The notes under the pieces are model-generated. The model saw only the letters and a program-made list of their open reading frames with translations. It did not search any database and was not told the origin of the DNA. Made by a program: the position numbers and the translations under genes. Positions 41,572 to 54,862 of a stretch of DNA of 64,000 nucleotides are shown in pieces. The stretch's first letter is position 1, and each line of letters starts with the position of its first letter. The stretch lies in contig CM120646.1 in NCBI GenBank assembly GCA_051362555.1, forward strand, positions 5,022,001 to 5,086,000, given 5' to 3'. The stretch comes from Lingula anatina (taxonomy: Eukaryota > Animalia > Brachiopoda).

Positions 41572-44500
41572 GCATGTCTTTGTATTATCACATTTGTGTG
41601 CATGCAGTATTATAAATGTTCAAAATGGGCATGCATTACACCAATAGCAAAACCTATTCCTTCAGACACTTACATGCTTCAGATGCAGCAAAACTGTCAG
41701 AAATGTAAAAACAAATCTTCTATACCATGTGGCCCAACCTGCAAAGAAAGAGATAACATTTTTAATTATCACTGCCAAAAAATACATTTGGTTAAACCAT
41801 TTTGAAATGTAACCAATTTATATCATTTGGGTACACCTTGTGTCAGTAGTTCATGTCAAAGAGGTCTTATATCTATCTGGATGTCACTCACACCTGTCAT
41901 GGCTGAAAATGATCAGTACAGGACACATCAGTAGGTCTTAACTTGGACAATTCATATACGGTCATGCGTCTCACAGCACTACCCTAAATAACTAACACAT
42001 CAAAAGTAATGCACAACAATCATAATGGTCATATCCTAAATCTATAATACCTTCACTGAAAGCTTGCAACCAACAGAAACAAATTTAAAGAAGCCTTCAA
42101 TGAGACAACTTTATGACAACAAACAAGGGTTCTCTGACTCACCTCCACAACCAAATTACGCTCTACCTGACCAGTCATAACATCTGCCTGAAAACTACCT
42201 CTATCCCTCTCCCGTGTCCTATCGCCTGGGGTGCATGCTTCATACGACCATTATCTACTTGTTCATCTTGTACGACAACAAAACACCTATAATTTGGGGC
42301 TGAATGTTGTACCAGAAAAAAAAAAGAAATTCACAAGATTTTCTTTAAAAACTGGGACCCTACAGCTTGGATGGTTGTTCTGACTGTACATATGATGGCT
42401 AGATAATAGCAACAGATTTAAGAAGTGAATCGATAGCAGGTGTAGGTACACTATAAATATTGTCCATTTATAAAATGATTGTGACACTTTTGGGAAACCT
42501 AATACTGCCCTGCAGGTTTTTTATGTTTATTACTATTCTGACTGATTTATTTTTAGTTCTGATTTAAATTTTTCCAATTTATTCCATTTAATATTTCATT
42601 GCAATAATCTAATGCATCAAAACCAATTCAAACCTTTCCTGCTTTTAACTCAAATACAAAAGCCAATTCATGTAATTATCACTACATTATTTGTAAGTGT
42701 ACATGCATGTATTCCTGTGTACTCAAGTGTTTTGTTTGTATTGGATCTACTGTTTATTGCCACATTTTCCTGAATAAACAAACAAAAAACCTGGAAGATG
42801 GATAAATTTAACAATGCACACTTAACACCTTCAAACTAGCTTGTTAATCCAAGCAGATCTTTTGAAATTCTGATGGCACCTCTATTGCTTGCACTACCTG
42901 AGCCAAGTTGACAGAAGTTTACCGATTCCCCAAACAGAATACACAACTCCCCAAGGGCTTAAGCTCAACCCTCACCCACCATTTCAATGCCACCCAGGGT
43001 CTACTACCATTTGTATCTCCCCCACACTCTGTCATCCTACCCTTCATTGTCCTACCACTTGTAAAATCTCTACCAGTATCTCCTATACAAATCAGTTTCT
43101 TACTTCAGCACCGACACACCATATACTTCACACTGTCAGAGCATAGCTTTCTAATGTCAAAACCCGCAAGAGGGTGCAAAAAAAAAGGAGAAATTGTGCT
43201 ATTCACAACCCGATGTTATTATATCCAATGTGCCCCATCCAAAGACTGTGATTGTTTTAATATAAAAAGAAAAAGATTCCCCCACCGTTTCACGTGGCTG
43301 TGCCTCCAATTGTTTTGTATGTGCAGACAGGATAATGATGATAAATTACGTGTAGAAACAGTTACGAGTTACAAGTCAATACAAAATGAGGACTGCCTAT
43401 TAGGGAAACGCTCCAGCTCCCCCGGCCATTATTGAGTGATTTTGGTAGCTTCTCCTATTCAGAAGGTAGATGTTGAATTTTCATGTTTTACAACAGGTCG
43501 CATTTAAGGTGAAGGCACGTCAATATTGTACACGATATGCACAATTTCTTTCATCCTGCAATAAGCTTGGATTGCAGTTTTGGTTTTCATGTACTTTTTT
43601 ATTGTGTTCAAAAAGTCTTTTTTTTTTTTACAAAAAGAAAAAAGCACATGCACCTAGACTTTTAACTTCTTCTAACAAGTGATGCAACAAAATTTGAATT
43701 TAAAAACATTGGATTTTTTGACAAATTGCCCCTTTTCACTATAAAGATATTTATGGCAATTTATGTCAGATGCTATCCTGAATGAAATAAGTAAATATAA
43801 ATGTCTATGCCTAATTAAATGTCTACATATATACATAATTCATTGAATTTATTTCTTCAATTTGAAAGCAAAATTACCAATTTCATAAACTTTTGTAGTT
43901 CACTGTAGATAAAAGAAGTATCTAAATCATTCACAATGGCTGCGACTGGTACAAGTTATAGTCAATAACCCTGCTTGTAACTCTAACTTGGGTGTAACAA
44001 TTTGGGTTTGATCCATGTGCAATGTTGTGCAAGTGCTGATAAGGCAGTGTATGTAGACTCTCGTCTCCACAGTCTGCAAGCTTTAATGAAGCCGACGTAA
44101 TAATCTGAGCTTTTTTTCCACTTATTTTGGCACAGCGGTTGTTTCGTCATCTTATTACAGTTGGTAACAACATTATTTTTTTATCTTCCTAACATGTCAC
44201 AAAAATAAAGAAAACATTCTGAGTATCCCTGACCTCTATTATCAAATGATTAATATAATAACCAATACAGATTGGTGAATAGTTACATGGCGAAATCTGA
44301 CTTGAAGTTGTTTTTTATTTCAAACAGAACTTAATACAACATATCCACTCAAACTACAATGATCAGAAATCCAAGCTTGAATTGCAATATATTCTGTTCC
44401 AAAGTTTGCACATAGAGCATTGCAGATCTTTACACAATTCCATCATTAACTTTATCACTATCTTAAGGGTTATCCATCTTCATCAACAGTTTCACAAAGT

Positions 44501-44821
44501 CTACAAAAAGTAGACATTTTCCAGAATCCCCCCCCCCCCATCCCACTTCAGATATTACAAGGTGAAAAGCTTATAATGATGAACTTTGACAGCAATTTGG
44601 ATCATCATTTTTGTTCTTTTTCAAAAGCCTACCAAGGGGATGTTTTGATTCCCCCAGCCATCCCTACCCCATTGTGTTAGTTGTGATAATGTATCAGAGA
44701 GTGCAATGTGTTGGGATGAGATAAAAAAACTCAGTATTTCAAAACAAAATCTTCCCCTCTTTCTCCCTCATGAAAAGACAACATGCACTGTGATCAAAGT
44801 AGAACAATGTTAGCCAACCTG

Positions 44822-45508
44822 GGGCCGGTTTCACAAAGCAGTAGTTAGTTAGAACAACTAACTACTGAACTACCTCGCTAACGAGCAAACTTAGCGATTT
44901 TCAAGGGGTGTTTCACGAAGCAGTAGTTAACTTATCGCTAAGTTCAGTCGTAAAGTTCGGTCGCTAGTTCTCTCGTTACTCACCGTAGTCTCGAAACCGT
45001 CTGCCGGAAGTGGAACTCTTGCGTAAAAGTGTCACGAAAGCACTAACTCTCCAATTTTTGGTGGCTGGAAATGCATAAGAACGTCTGCTTGGAGGTCGTC
45101 GTAAAGAATTTCTACCACCTTTTTGCCGCTCTTTTTGTCACAGCTAGGCGCAACCTCTCGTAAATTGCATCATCGTGTGTATATTCTAATAGATTCTGCC
45201 TTTCATGAAAACGTCGTAGTCTACGTTGCCGTCTGGCGGTACGGTTAGCAAGAAAGGTAGCCGCCATATTGGATACAAAGACAAACGACAGACAACGGTA
45301 ACTAAGCAACCTTTTTATTTCGCTCATTACGCATGCGTACGATGAAACTCTAGAGTTAGCGACTGGTCTGACCAGTCGTTAAATATCCATGGTAACAACG
45401 AGACAATAACGAGCGAGAGAACTAGCGACTGCTTCGTGAAACGGCACTCTAACTAGCGAGAGGCTAACTACCGATCGCTAACTAACTACTGCTTTGTGAA
45501 ACCGGCCC
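44822..45508 (-). mobile_element. PIF/Harbinger non-autonomous deletion derivative (687 bp)
   Basis: Perfect 31-bp TIRs gggccggtttcacaaagcagtagttagttag (44822-44852 / 45478-45508); 3-bp TSD CTG (44819-44821, 45509-45511); subterminal copies of the TIR motif (44910-44929, 45428-45442); CpG-rich relative to the flanks; contains a transposase relic. Confidence 0.93.
45060..45267 (-). pseudogene. HARBI1-like Harbinger transposase N-terminal fragment, frameshifted and truncated
   Basis: MAATFLANRTARRQRRLRRFHERQNLLEYTHDDAIYERLRL, then frameshifted KVVEILYDDLQ and PSRRSYAFPAT. This matches the Harbinger transposase pattern R.R.FR.R.N.L....D.....RFR....I...L..DL...TRRS.A.P. Confidence 0.72.
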
Positions 45509-46362
45509 CTGATGTTTTTTTTTAATATTTTAACAAATTAGAATGAAGCTTTGCCAATAGAAAATGACAACAAAACAAGAATAAACCATATCCAATGTAT
45601 CCCCAATCCTATGATGAATAGAGTTAATCTTTTAAAATATTGCAATAATTCCATTACTGATATTTTGAGCAAAGTTAAGGGTGAGTTTTTTTTTTTTTTT
45701 TTTTTTTTTGCATTCAATTTTTTACACTGCTTAATTACCATGTCAAGATTTCATTGCTAACTTATAATGAACTGTCTCTATAGAGTAGTTCCAATACCAT
45801 TCAGGGATTGAAATACATTGTTCGATACAGCTTAAATTTGAGTAAAAATGCTGTTCAAACTGGCGTCTCCACACTTTTGTTCAGAATGCGTAACTAAAAC
45901 TCTGTCAACAAAATATTTCAAATGATAAAAATACTTAACAGCTTATAGCAGTGAAATGGAGTCGACAAAGGAATTTGACATATTTTTCTTCCTATAAGAC
46001 TTGGTACAAAACTCTCTGCCAATTCATGCTATACACTAAGTTTCACAAAAGGGATCAGTTCTCTCCCTTTTCAAATGTTACTAATGTTACACTACTTTGG
46101 CATATATACTAAATCAATGAAAACAGCATCTAAAAAAAGGTTTACTGAAAACAAACTATCAGCACACCTACTAAATCTTTCCAAATCTGCCACAGAGGAG
46201 AACTCTAACAGTTGTTCTTCTTTACGAGATATAATCTATACAGTCAATATACTTACTCTTTTAGGTACTTTAGAACTGCAAACACGATCCCAATGTTGAA
46301 ACTGCGGCACTCACATCACACCACCAACCAATCCAAAAGGCATTTCAACTACTGTCTGACAG

Positions 46363-46545
46363 GTTGCCATGGTAACCACATTTTTTGAATCAACCGAGGA
46401 ATGAAGACTTTATGCTTCGCACCTTTGCGCCTTGTCAGTTTTGATGATTTGACTCGGAGAAAGCCAGCAGCTTATCGCTGATACAAAATTGTGCCCAGCT
46501 TGGTAACTATGGCAACCTGGTTTCAGTTTCCATGGCGCTAGCAAC
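46363..46545. promoter_or_regulatory. Cluster of RFX X-box motifs
   Basis: GTTGCCATGGTAAC (46363-46376), GTAACTATGGCAAC (46503-46516), and a partial GTTTCCATGGCG (46526). Confidence 0.45.
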
Positions 46546-46891
46546 TCCTGATTAGCCACAGCCTGGCTGTAATTTGGCCCAAGTGGCTGCAGGCCCCGTT
46601 TTATCCAAATATTTTTACAGAGTCCTGCCCATCACAATTGATTGCTGACATAGGCCTAGAAAGGTTACAAATGTTTGCGATTGCCTTACTCTCAAGAAAT
46701 CAGATCCTTCGGGTGTGTAAAATACCCTTGCCCTTGTTCAGCAGGGTGGGGTTGTGTTAAGAAAAGTATTTTAGTTTCCCCTACTTTCCATTTTCTTTAT
46801 GTATATATTCAAATTATACAAAAAGAGCAAGATTTTTTTTTTAATTTGTCTAAAATATAATGAATTACCAATGCACTTAACACTTTACTCC

Positions 46892-46892
<1 letters not shown>

Positions 46893-46928
<36 letters not shown>
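46893..46928. repeat. (CT)n microsatellite
   Basis: Direct read. Confidence 0.93.
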
Positions 46929-47720
46929 GTTTGCTTCCTTAGCTATATAAAACACTTGCTCAAAGTTTCTTCTGAACATCTCAAATGTTTCAGGTATTTT
47001 ATCTTTCCACTTCTGAGGAGCAGCCACTAGCCACAGGGAAGAAAATCATGTCTTGATTTTCCTAATAACCCAAGGGGCAGAGTCATATGTCAATTTTCAC
47101 TAATCCAATTTACTACATCTTTCAAAAAAAAAAAAAAAAAAAAAAAAAGGCGGGAGTTTTTTTAGATTTGTATGCCAAGCCACTTTAGCATCTACTTCAA
47201 AAGCATTTACAATTGCAATTTTCTTTCTACATAAAATTCAAGCTGCTATTGTGCTATTATTGCCCCAAAAGAACTGCAGGCAGCAAGCATGCCGAAGACA
47301 AAATTTTAAATGGCTGTTCTTGGAATGAATTACAATTGTTTAAGTAAGACAGCAGTCTTCAGTCACTATATAAATACCAGTATAATTCACAGATTCAATA
47401 TTTATTTTTCAATAAAAATCTGTTTCAACTTGACAAATTTCCATTTGGACTCTTATACTCCAAAGAGGAAACATAAAAGCTGGAAATATCGTCATTTCAT
47501 TGTTGTTCAATTTTCCTTTTATCTCTCCATCAAATCACTGCAAATCTTCTGCAATGACTGTTGACAGATAGGAGAGTTTCATTGTTTTAATAACAATACC
47601 AAGGCTACCAGACATCAATAGGGAGGATTCCCCTAAAACTGAATAAACAACACAGCTTAACACGCGCTTAAAGAGAAACATTGCCAACTCTTACCCTTTC
47701 TTACTGTTCTCCAAATCTAA

Positions 47721-47937
47721 GGGCGTATTCCCATAGATTTTAGATCTATCTATCCCCGTGGGGAGTCTCACTAGATTACTGTCAGATAATCCGGCTTAAG
47801 CGTCTGCCCCGCCTACTACAAGCTGTAAGGGGGTAATTCACTTTGGCTGACCGCTTGGCTGATAAGCTATTAAGCGTGAACCCCCAGGGAATTAGGTCAA
47901 TCTAGTTTGGATTGATCTAATCTCTGGGAATGGGGTC
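47721..47937. mobile_element. Tourist/Harbinger-like MITE, family A, copy 1 (217 bp)
   Basis: TAA TSD (47718-20, 47938-40); imperfect TIRs gggcgtattcccatagattttagatc / gatctaatctctgggaatggggtc; the interior is the reverse complement of 62610-62832. Confidence 0.88.
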
Positions 47938-47940
47938 TAA

Positions 47941-48274
47941 GAGTGCATACAGAACAGCAGACTAACAGATCTAGGGATCAAATATGGCGACCCACCTAAA
48001 AACTTTCCACTTATTTCTCTATTAGACACTGAATAGATTCTCTGCGGGTATTAAGCAACAAGCATTCAAGTGGGTCGGCCATATTTAATCCCAAGATCCA
48101 TTACTGTACCCCGCAGGGACGATGTGTGGGGAGGCGTGTGAGAGGCGGAGAGACTATTAAAAGATTAGGCGGTTTTTCTTTCATGTACGTCCGCCATTTT
48201 TAGTTCTCAGGATTTGTAAAGCCTGGCTCAATTCGTTGAGAATGCGGCCTTAGTCTGCTGTTCTGAACGTGCTA
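47941..48274. mobile_element. Tourist/Harbinger-like MITE, family B, copy 1, interrupted by a nested insertion
   Basis: TAA on both sides (47938-40, 48275-77); long TIR cagaacagcagactaacagatctagggatcaaatatggcgacccac, whose right-hand partner is split at TTA (48101-03 / 48250-52); homologous to 53619-53793. Confidence 0.85.
48104..48249. mobile_element. Nested MITE fragment (family C) inside the right TIR of family B
   Basis: Bounded by TTA duplicates; ends in ttgagaatgcggcc, the same terminal motif class (ggccgcattc) as families A and B; its left TIR is not recognisable. Confidence 0.65.
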
Positions 48275-51200
48275 TAATGGAACACTTTACTGCATCCCAA
48301 CAAGACGATGGGGTCAGGACATTGCAAATCTTTATTTTTCAGAACAATCAAGGATACAGATACACAGTTAAAAAGAACGAATAAACAATGCAATGGTTTT
48401 AAAAACAAACACAAAAATATAATCAAAACTGAAGTGTTTAAAAAAAAACAACAAAGGATTGGAAAATGTGACCATGAACCAAACTTGGCAATTGGTAAGG
48501 CAAGTGTGACGCAAAATGAGAAAATGAAAGAAAAAAGTCAAGGAGGATTTCAAAAAATCTCAAAAGGCTAATCATTTTGTAAGTGCTAAAAGAAAATGGC
48601 TTCTTCCTTCATGCTCATGACTAACACTTCTCCTCATTTTTACACATTTCACAACCAGCAGTTAAACTCATTTCAGGAAACTTTCAATAATTTCAGAACC
48701 AGAGCAGTATTCAGAAACCTTTTAAAAACTTAGCACACTTCGACCGTTTACACAATAAATCACAGTCCTAAGCCCCCTTACACCTGGGATGCTACGAAGA
48801 CGCTGATTCCATTTTGCAGGCTATTATTGCACGGTTCTGAGAAGAAAGTCATATTTCACAGAGAAGAAGCAAGAACAGTCGCACTTCCAACTTGTGGTTA
48901 AAAGAGTTTTTAAAAATCTGAATTATTGCTTTCTCACAAAAATGGACCCAACTTGATCCATCTATGGTGTTGTAAGTGTAAATGCAGCACAGCACTTGTT
49001 AAAATAACACATGGCTAGGAAACAAGATCAGTCCTTACATGATTTTACCAGAACAGTAGGAACAGTTACTCTTTGCACACCATACCCCTATTTCTGTGAG
49101 ATCAAATGAAAAACTTTCTCACCCTCTCTATAAAACATTTTAGGCAGATGTCATATTCATGACTTTAGATCACAGTAGTGTATAGTTCACCCTGATTTCA
49201 AAACCAGATATGTAAACTACACATATATAAATATCCGATCTTTCAAAACCAGGTACTTTCCTGGTTTAGATCTGGTTTACAGAAAAACTGAACTTGAACC
49301 AATAAGTAAAATCAGCCTTCTGAAGCTCTTATGCTTCTGCTTCGCCAATACCAACCTGATATGCTTTAGAAAGAAAAACAAAAACAACAAGATATCAAAC
49401 CTTATTTCAGAAATATTTCTAATAGTATGTAACAATGTTTAGTGTCACTGATCACTAATGTACAGTTCTTCTTTTCGATCTTTACATACAGCATTACAAT
49501 ACTTTCAACTTCTGGAGTAAAAAACAAACTAATTGCTCATTACACTACTCAAAAAATGTTCTACTTCTTATATTGTCCTCTGTTGTTGTTGGCATTTTTT
49601 TTCTTCTTTTTTAATCACTAAAATGGCAAAACATGTCTGTTCTCATTGAGGCCTATTCCCAAACAAACCCTGCCTCCGTATCTGTCACTGGATATTTCTC
49701 CTTTAGGAACCAGCAATCAATGCAAACAAACTGCCTTGAACAATGTTAATTTTAGAACCCAGTTGTCACTTTCAATCCCTTCCAAATCCTAAGTAACAAG
49801 CAGCGAAAATAAGTGGTATTCACAGAAAACCTGCCATTTTCCCTAGAGGTGAATTTGCCATGATAAAAAAGGTTAACGAAGGGATCTTATCACAGACCAC
49901 TTGGTGGCTAGAAGACTAAACCTGACAGCACTGGCTGCCAAAGTTTCCATACATCTCGCTGGAGTATCATAATTACCAATTTCACTGGCAACGGGTGAGC
50001 ACCTAACTTGCCATAGTTAATGATATTGCTAATTTGAAAATGTTACAGCTGTTTTGTTTTTGATGTTTTTTCCCAATCTTTTTTTTTTTTTTTTTTTGTA
50101 AGCTGCAGTCTGACATGCATGTTGCTCTTAATAGTTGTCCCGAAATGAAAATGTGAAAACAAGCTGTTCATTAGCGACCCATTATAACTGTAAAGACTTG
50201 TATACATTCACTTCTGAGGGAAGATCAAACATTTAATGTTTCGTAAATTGAAAAAAATTTAAATAAGTCATTAAGTCATAGGAAAATTAGAATGATATTT
50301 CTGAAACAAAAGACAAACATAAGTTTTAAAAAACAAATTTGAGAGAAAGACCAAATCCTTTTTTTTTTTTTTTTGCTTCAGAAAACACTGCCAACTTTTA
50401 CAGAAATAAAATTTTGGCAAGAAATGGTTCGAGACTTTTTTCTTTCCAACACCAGTGCTTCTTCTTTCCTCAATTCTCTTAGATAACTAAACAACCATTC
50501 CCACATGTCCCCTTGGTGCCCTGTACATATATGATATTTGCTGAGGTGCATAAATGTTTTTGCAGCAATTAGATAGGGTATATTAGATTAGAACTAACTG
50601 ACGGATGGTGGAAAAAGATTAGGAGAAAAAAAATTACCCTGCCAAGTAGAAAAGAATAGAGCATCCTACCAGAAATTTTCTTAAGACTTTTCTTGTTTTC
50701 CATATTTGATTTTTTTTTTCATTTTCATTATATTCCTTATGTAACATCAGATATCTTTTATTTACTTTCCGTCTTTGTAAATATGAAACATTTTCAGTCA
50801 TAAACAAGGTAAATGTTTAGGTTCCAAGTTGCATAATCCAATTCCACGTCTCTCAACTTTTATCCCACCGTCCTCCAGAAATACTCGCGCTAATAGATCA
50901 AATTCAAAAGGTGTTTAACTGTTATTTTAGCGCAGTTGTTTTCCAACACCTTGATAATTCCTCTCACAACCTACCTAAGCCTCTTCTGGAAGTTTATAAT
51001 ACCTTAAAGAACTGAAAGCGGAGACGACACGAGCCAATAAAACCAATGGGTTTAGACATTCAGCTGACTAATTTTATTGATAACGTCTTGAACTGGGTTT
51101 GAAAAATGATCTGGTTAAAATGGGAGTTAGAACGTCAATTGGTTATACAGGTGAAGTTTGGGTTGTTCTTCAGTTATAAATAAAACACTGAAATGCTTAT

Positions 51201-52000
51201 TTAGCTGAAAGAAAAAATTGTCAAATTGTTTGCCAATACCTTAATTTTTTTTTTTACACTAAATAATAACTCTGAAAGTTAGCAAAGCTTATAAAATTTT
51301 CTGTATTGGTTTTTCAACTAAATAAATATTAATTTTTGAAAACGTTCTGAAATTGCTTGGGTTTTGTTTCACCAATTATAATGTAAAAATGACCATTAAA
51401 TATTGGGGCAATGAAAAATATACAGGTGCTATGTCATTATATTCTTTTATCATTAAAAAATGGTCCAAAGTGAAAATTTTCTTATTTTTATTCTAAACAA
51501 TTCAAGCTCGCTCCATCCAATCAGCAGAATCAGTTTATTAGCAAACTCATTCTTACGTTTATATAATAGCTAAGCATTTTACTATTTTAAATGACACTGT
51601 GACGTGTTTTAGTTTAAATCAGATTTGTGAAAGAGCAAATTCCCTTGTTATTTCTCCTGGCTGAAGATAACTAAGGTTAGACAACTAACACTGTAACCCG
51701 CTGCTAGCTCCTCACACATGACACCGGGAAGATCGACCAAAAACAACGAGAAGTCAAAATAATGAGGTTACCGTAAACTAAAAAAATAGCACACAGAATT
51801 GACAACATGGCTTCCCCCTCGTGTTGTCCGTAAACGCTCATGACAAGTTAATTATATGCAAGAAACCTGCCGATCCTCTTACCAGTATTGTTGTATCTGT
51901 TGGCAAACTAGATCTTTTACACTGGCTCATAGTCAACAGAATGATAATTTGAGATTTTGAAATAATCAACATGCGAGTGCTTGTTCGTACCAATCGCATA

Positions 52001-52201
52001 TCAGTATAACTACTGGGGTAGCACTAACACTCGCCAATTTAGCCAAATGCTAAATCTGACATAAGTCGGCTAAACAAAAAATGGTTGATTTGACTTGTTT
52101 TAGTCAAATTTAAACTGTTTGGAGTAATAAGTGATGAAAAAGTAGTGATTTGGCTGAGAGAAAAAAATTGCCAGCGCTACCCCAGGACTTATTATACTAA
52201 T
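52001..52201. mobile_element. ~200-bp MITE-like element
   Basis: Inverted repeats ctggggtagcact (52013-52025) / agcgctaccccag (52173-52185), extended outward by agtataa / ttatact; internal agccaa/ttggct motifs. Confidence 0.6.
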
Positions 52202-52637
52202 TTCATGACACTGACAAAAATATGAACGAACAACTTACAACTTAATTTATCATTTTTCAAATATATTATTTCATCAAGGCGATGCTACGTTAAATTGTCT
52301 GTTTTGGTCAAAAACTGAAAACTTTTGGAAATCAAATTCAAGCTATACCCGTTCTTACTTTTTTCCATTTATAAAAACCAGAAAAACAATGTTATTCCTT
52401 CTGTTATTTTGTCCACTACATCACTACATCCTTAGATTTGATTGTGAGTTCTCCATGCAATATTTGAAGTCATGAATAACTTGATTTCTTCCCTTATTTA
52501 TCTACTGATAAAAGAATATTAGAATAAACATATGTAGTTAATAAACTTACTTGAAAATTAAATCAAAAACAACATGCACTGTATTCAACATTTCTTAGGC
52601 ATTGGTAAATTATCGTAAGCTGTGAAGATATATTTAC

Positions 52638-52870
52638 CTTTAAACTCACACACTTCTCTTCACTGTTCAGTCTAGAGAGGCGGGTCTTCTTCTAGGTAGT
52701 CTGAACAAACTTCTTCAAGCAGCAGTCTGAAACAGAAGTGATTTGTCACAGCTCTCTGCCTGATAATAAACAAAACTTGGAGGAAGCTGTTGACTCCCAA
52801 ATGGTGCTGACACCTGTTGGCAATAAAACAAACCAATGGTGCAAAGTTGGCTTGGTAGGACCAATTAGCT
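52638..52870 (-). other. Candidate non-coding first exon and promoter
   Basis: Donor AAAG|GTAAAT at 52638/52637 (an alternative GTGAGT lies ~11 nt upstream); ATG-free purine-rich body; CCAAT at ~52833 and 52861. Confidence 0.27.
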
Positions 52871-53618
52871 GGCTGGAGTAAATCTTCAACTGAGGAAAAT
52901 TTAACCTACAGACTATGACTGATATCAGTAGAGTATGTTACCAGAATCGAGTCAATGAGCAATTTCTGTTCTCATCCTTCATTTTTTTATTTTCTAAATT
53001 AAATGATATTCATTGACCTATTTTTTAATTTGTTAATTTTATTATTCATCAGCCAATTCATATTATTCATTGATTTATTAACTGATCTATTTATTCATTC
53101 AGTTATTTATCTATTTACTGACTTTTTGACTTACTTGGGATGCATTTTCTCAGTATGATCAATGTTCTTATTTTGCACCACTGATATATTATAAAACAGA
53201 AGTAATTCCTTCCTTCCTTTGTAAATTTCTAAAATGCCACATCATCTTCCTTTCATGTTTTTTTAGTATTCATATGTTTCTAATGACTTACTAAGTTAAG
53301 TCTAATATCCCAAGTCTGAATGTAACACAGCTTAAAAATTGAAACAAATGGCAAATGGGAAGACAAATGGCAAGCCCTCTCCTATTGAAATACCTCCCCA
53401 AAACAGTCGGGACAAAAAAATAGCAGGGGAAAAAAGTTAATCTTCTTTGAACCACATGATTTAGTACCCTCATATCCATAACTACATGGCTAAATGTCTT
53501 GTACTTTGCATACTCTACAAACCTCTGTGGGCATAAATCACGGCCTGTGCTGCTCTCTGAGCAATCTTCTATGGCAGCGTTCACACGTGCATCACTCGGT
53601 CCATTCCTTAGAACCATA

Positions 53619-53793
53619 GGCCGTATTCAGAACAGTGTAATAACTAGGCTGTGGGTCAAATATGGCAACCGACTAAAAAGCTTGTTGTCCAATCTGCTAA
53701 TAGACACTGAAAAGATTCCCCGTAGAGAAGTATTCAAGTGGGTTAGCCATATTTGACCCTCGGACTTGTTAGTCAACTGTTCTAAATGTGGCC
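53619..53793. mobile_element. MITE family B, copy 2 (175 bp, uninterrupted)
   Basis: TIRs ggccgtattcagaacag...gggtcaaatatggc / gccatatttgaccc...ctgttctaaatgtggcc; interior tagacactgaa.agattc and attcaagtggg shared with 47941-48100. Confidence 0.85.
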
Positions 53794-54818
53794 ACACACG
53801 CATACTTTGATTTCATCTCACACCAGCAAAACACTGCCAGTGTGACAAAAATGGTTGTCCTAAGAATGGAAGTCTGGGGTACCATATATGATTAGTACAG
53901 GTTAGGGTTCATCAGAGTATTGGGATTTGTATCTTGGACGAATGTCACCTGTACAATGTAAGGGGAACGGGCTACGGTTCCTAGTGGATTACCATTCCTG
54001 TCACATGGGCTGAATATGAAGCAAAGAAACTCACTGGACTGATGCTGTGCAGAGATGAGTTGATTGCAATAATATAATACTACAATCACACTTACACCAG
54101 ACTGTTCTGACATGAGACTTAAAATACATAATAGTAAATGCTGAGGTAATAACCAGCTTCTATCTACAGACACAACAATGTTACATGCAACTGAAATGAG
54201 TGCGGAACAAGAGGAGCTCAACAAAAATCTGACAAAATGCTGTTTCAAAGACCGGTTTAGATTCATCAGTTTGTGAACAGACCCTCTTAAGCCACAGCAG
54301 TGTTGAAGTAGGCAGATGATTTAGAGAACAAATGGCGGTCCACCTCCTGCTTGTCACTGGATGAAGCGCACCATTTCAGGAGACCATTTTACTTAAACCA
54401 TGTCTGAATCTTTTTTGTTGTTTTTCTGCACTCACTCCAAGGTGGGGCGTTGTCACCGTTCACTTTCAGTAATTCATTTCTGCGACAACTGTTTCGCACT
54501 GTACATAACATCCCCTTGGTAATGATAGAATTGTTTTTCTTTTGAGACTTCAAAAGAGATTGTTTTAAAAGTTAATGGACATTAGTGAATGTTCGACAGC
54601 ACATTACACGACTGCCATGAACTGTGACATTTTCCACACCTAATTGTCTCTTCCGGTGCTTAGGCTGTGGATTAAAGGGCCTTAAATAATACTCCAATAA
54701 CCACCGAGTTATACCACAGCATTGTGTTTTATTAACTTAGTTGTGACGCTATTCCTGTTCAATATTTTAAATGGTTAATTTTCTGAAAGTTCTCAGATTA
54801 TGGTCTTCAGGGACTCTG

Positions 54819-54862
<44 letters not shown>

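Noticed and set aside
42137-42146. Consensus minus-strand donor GAG|GTGAGT
   Set aside because: No accompanying acceptor, start codon or promoter; such matches are expected by chance in 64 kb.
42908-43435. Longest ORF in the track (175 aa)
   Set aside because: Non-ATG start, no recognisable domain, and composition typical of non-coding DNA.
54225-54275. Minus-strand CTGATGA...GAAAC resembling a hammerhead ribozyme core
   Set aside because: Stems I and II cannot be formed properly.
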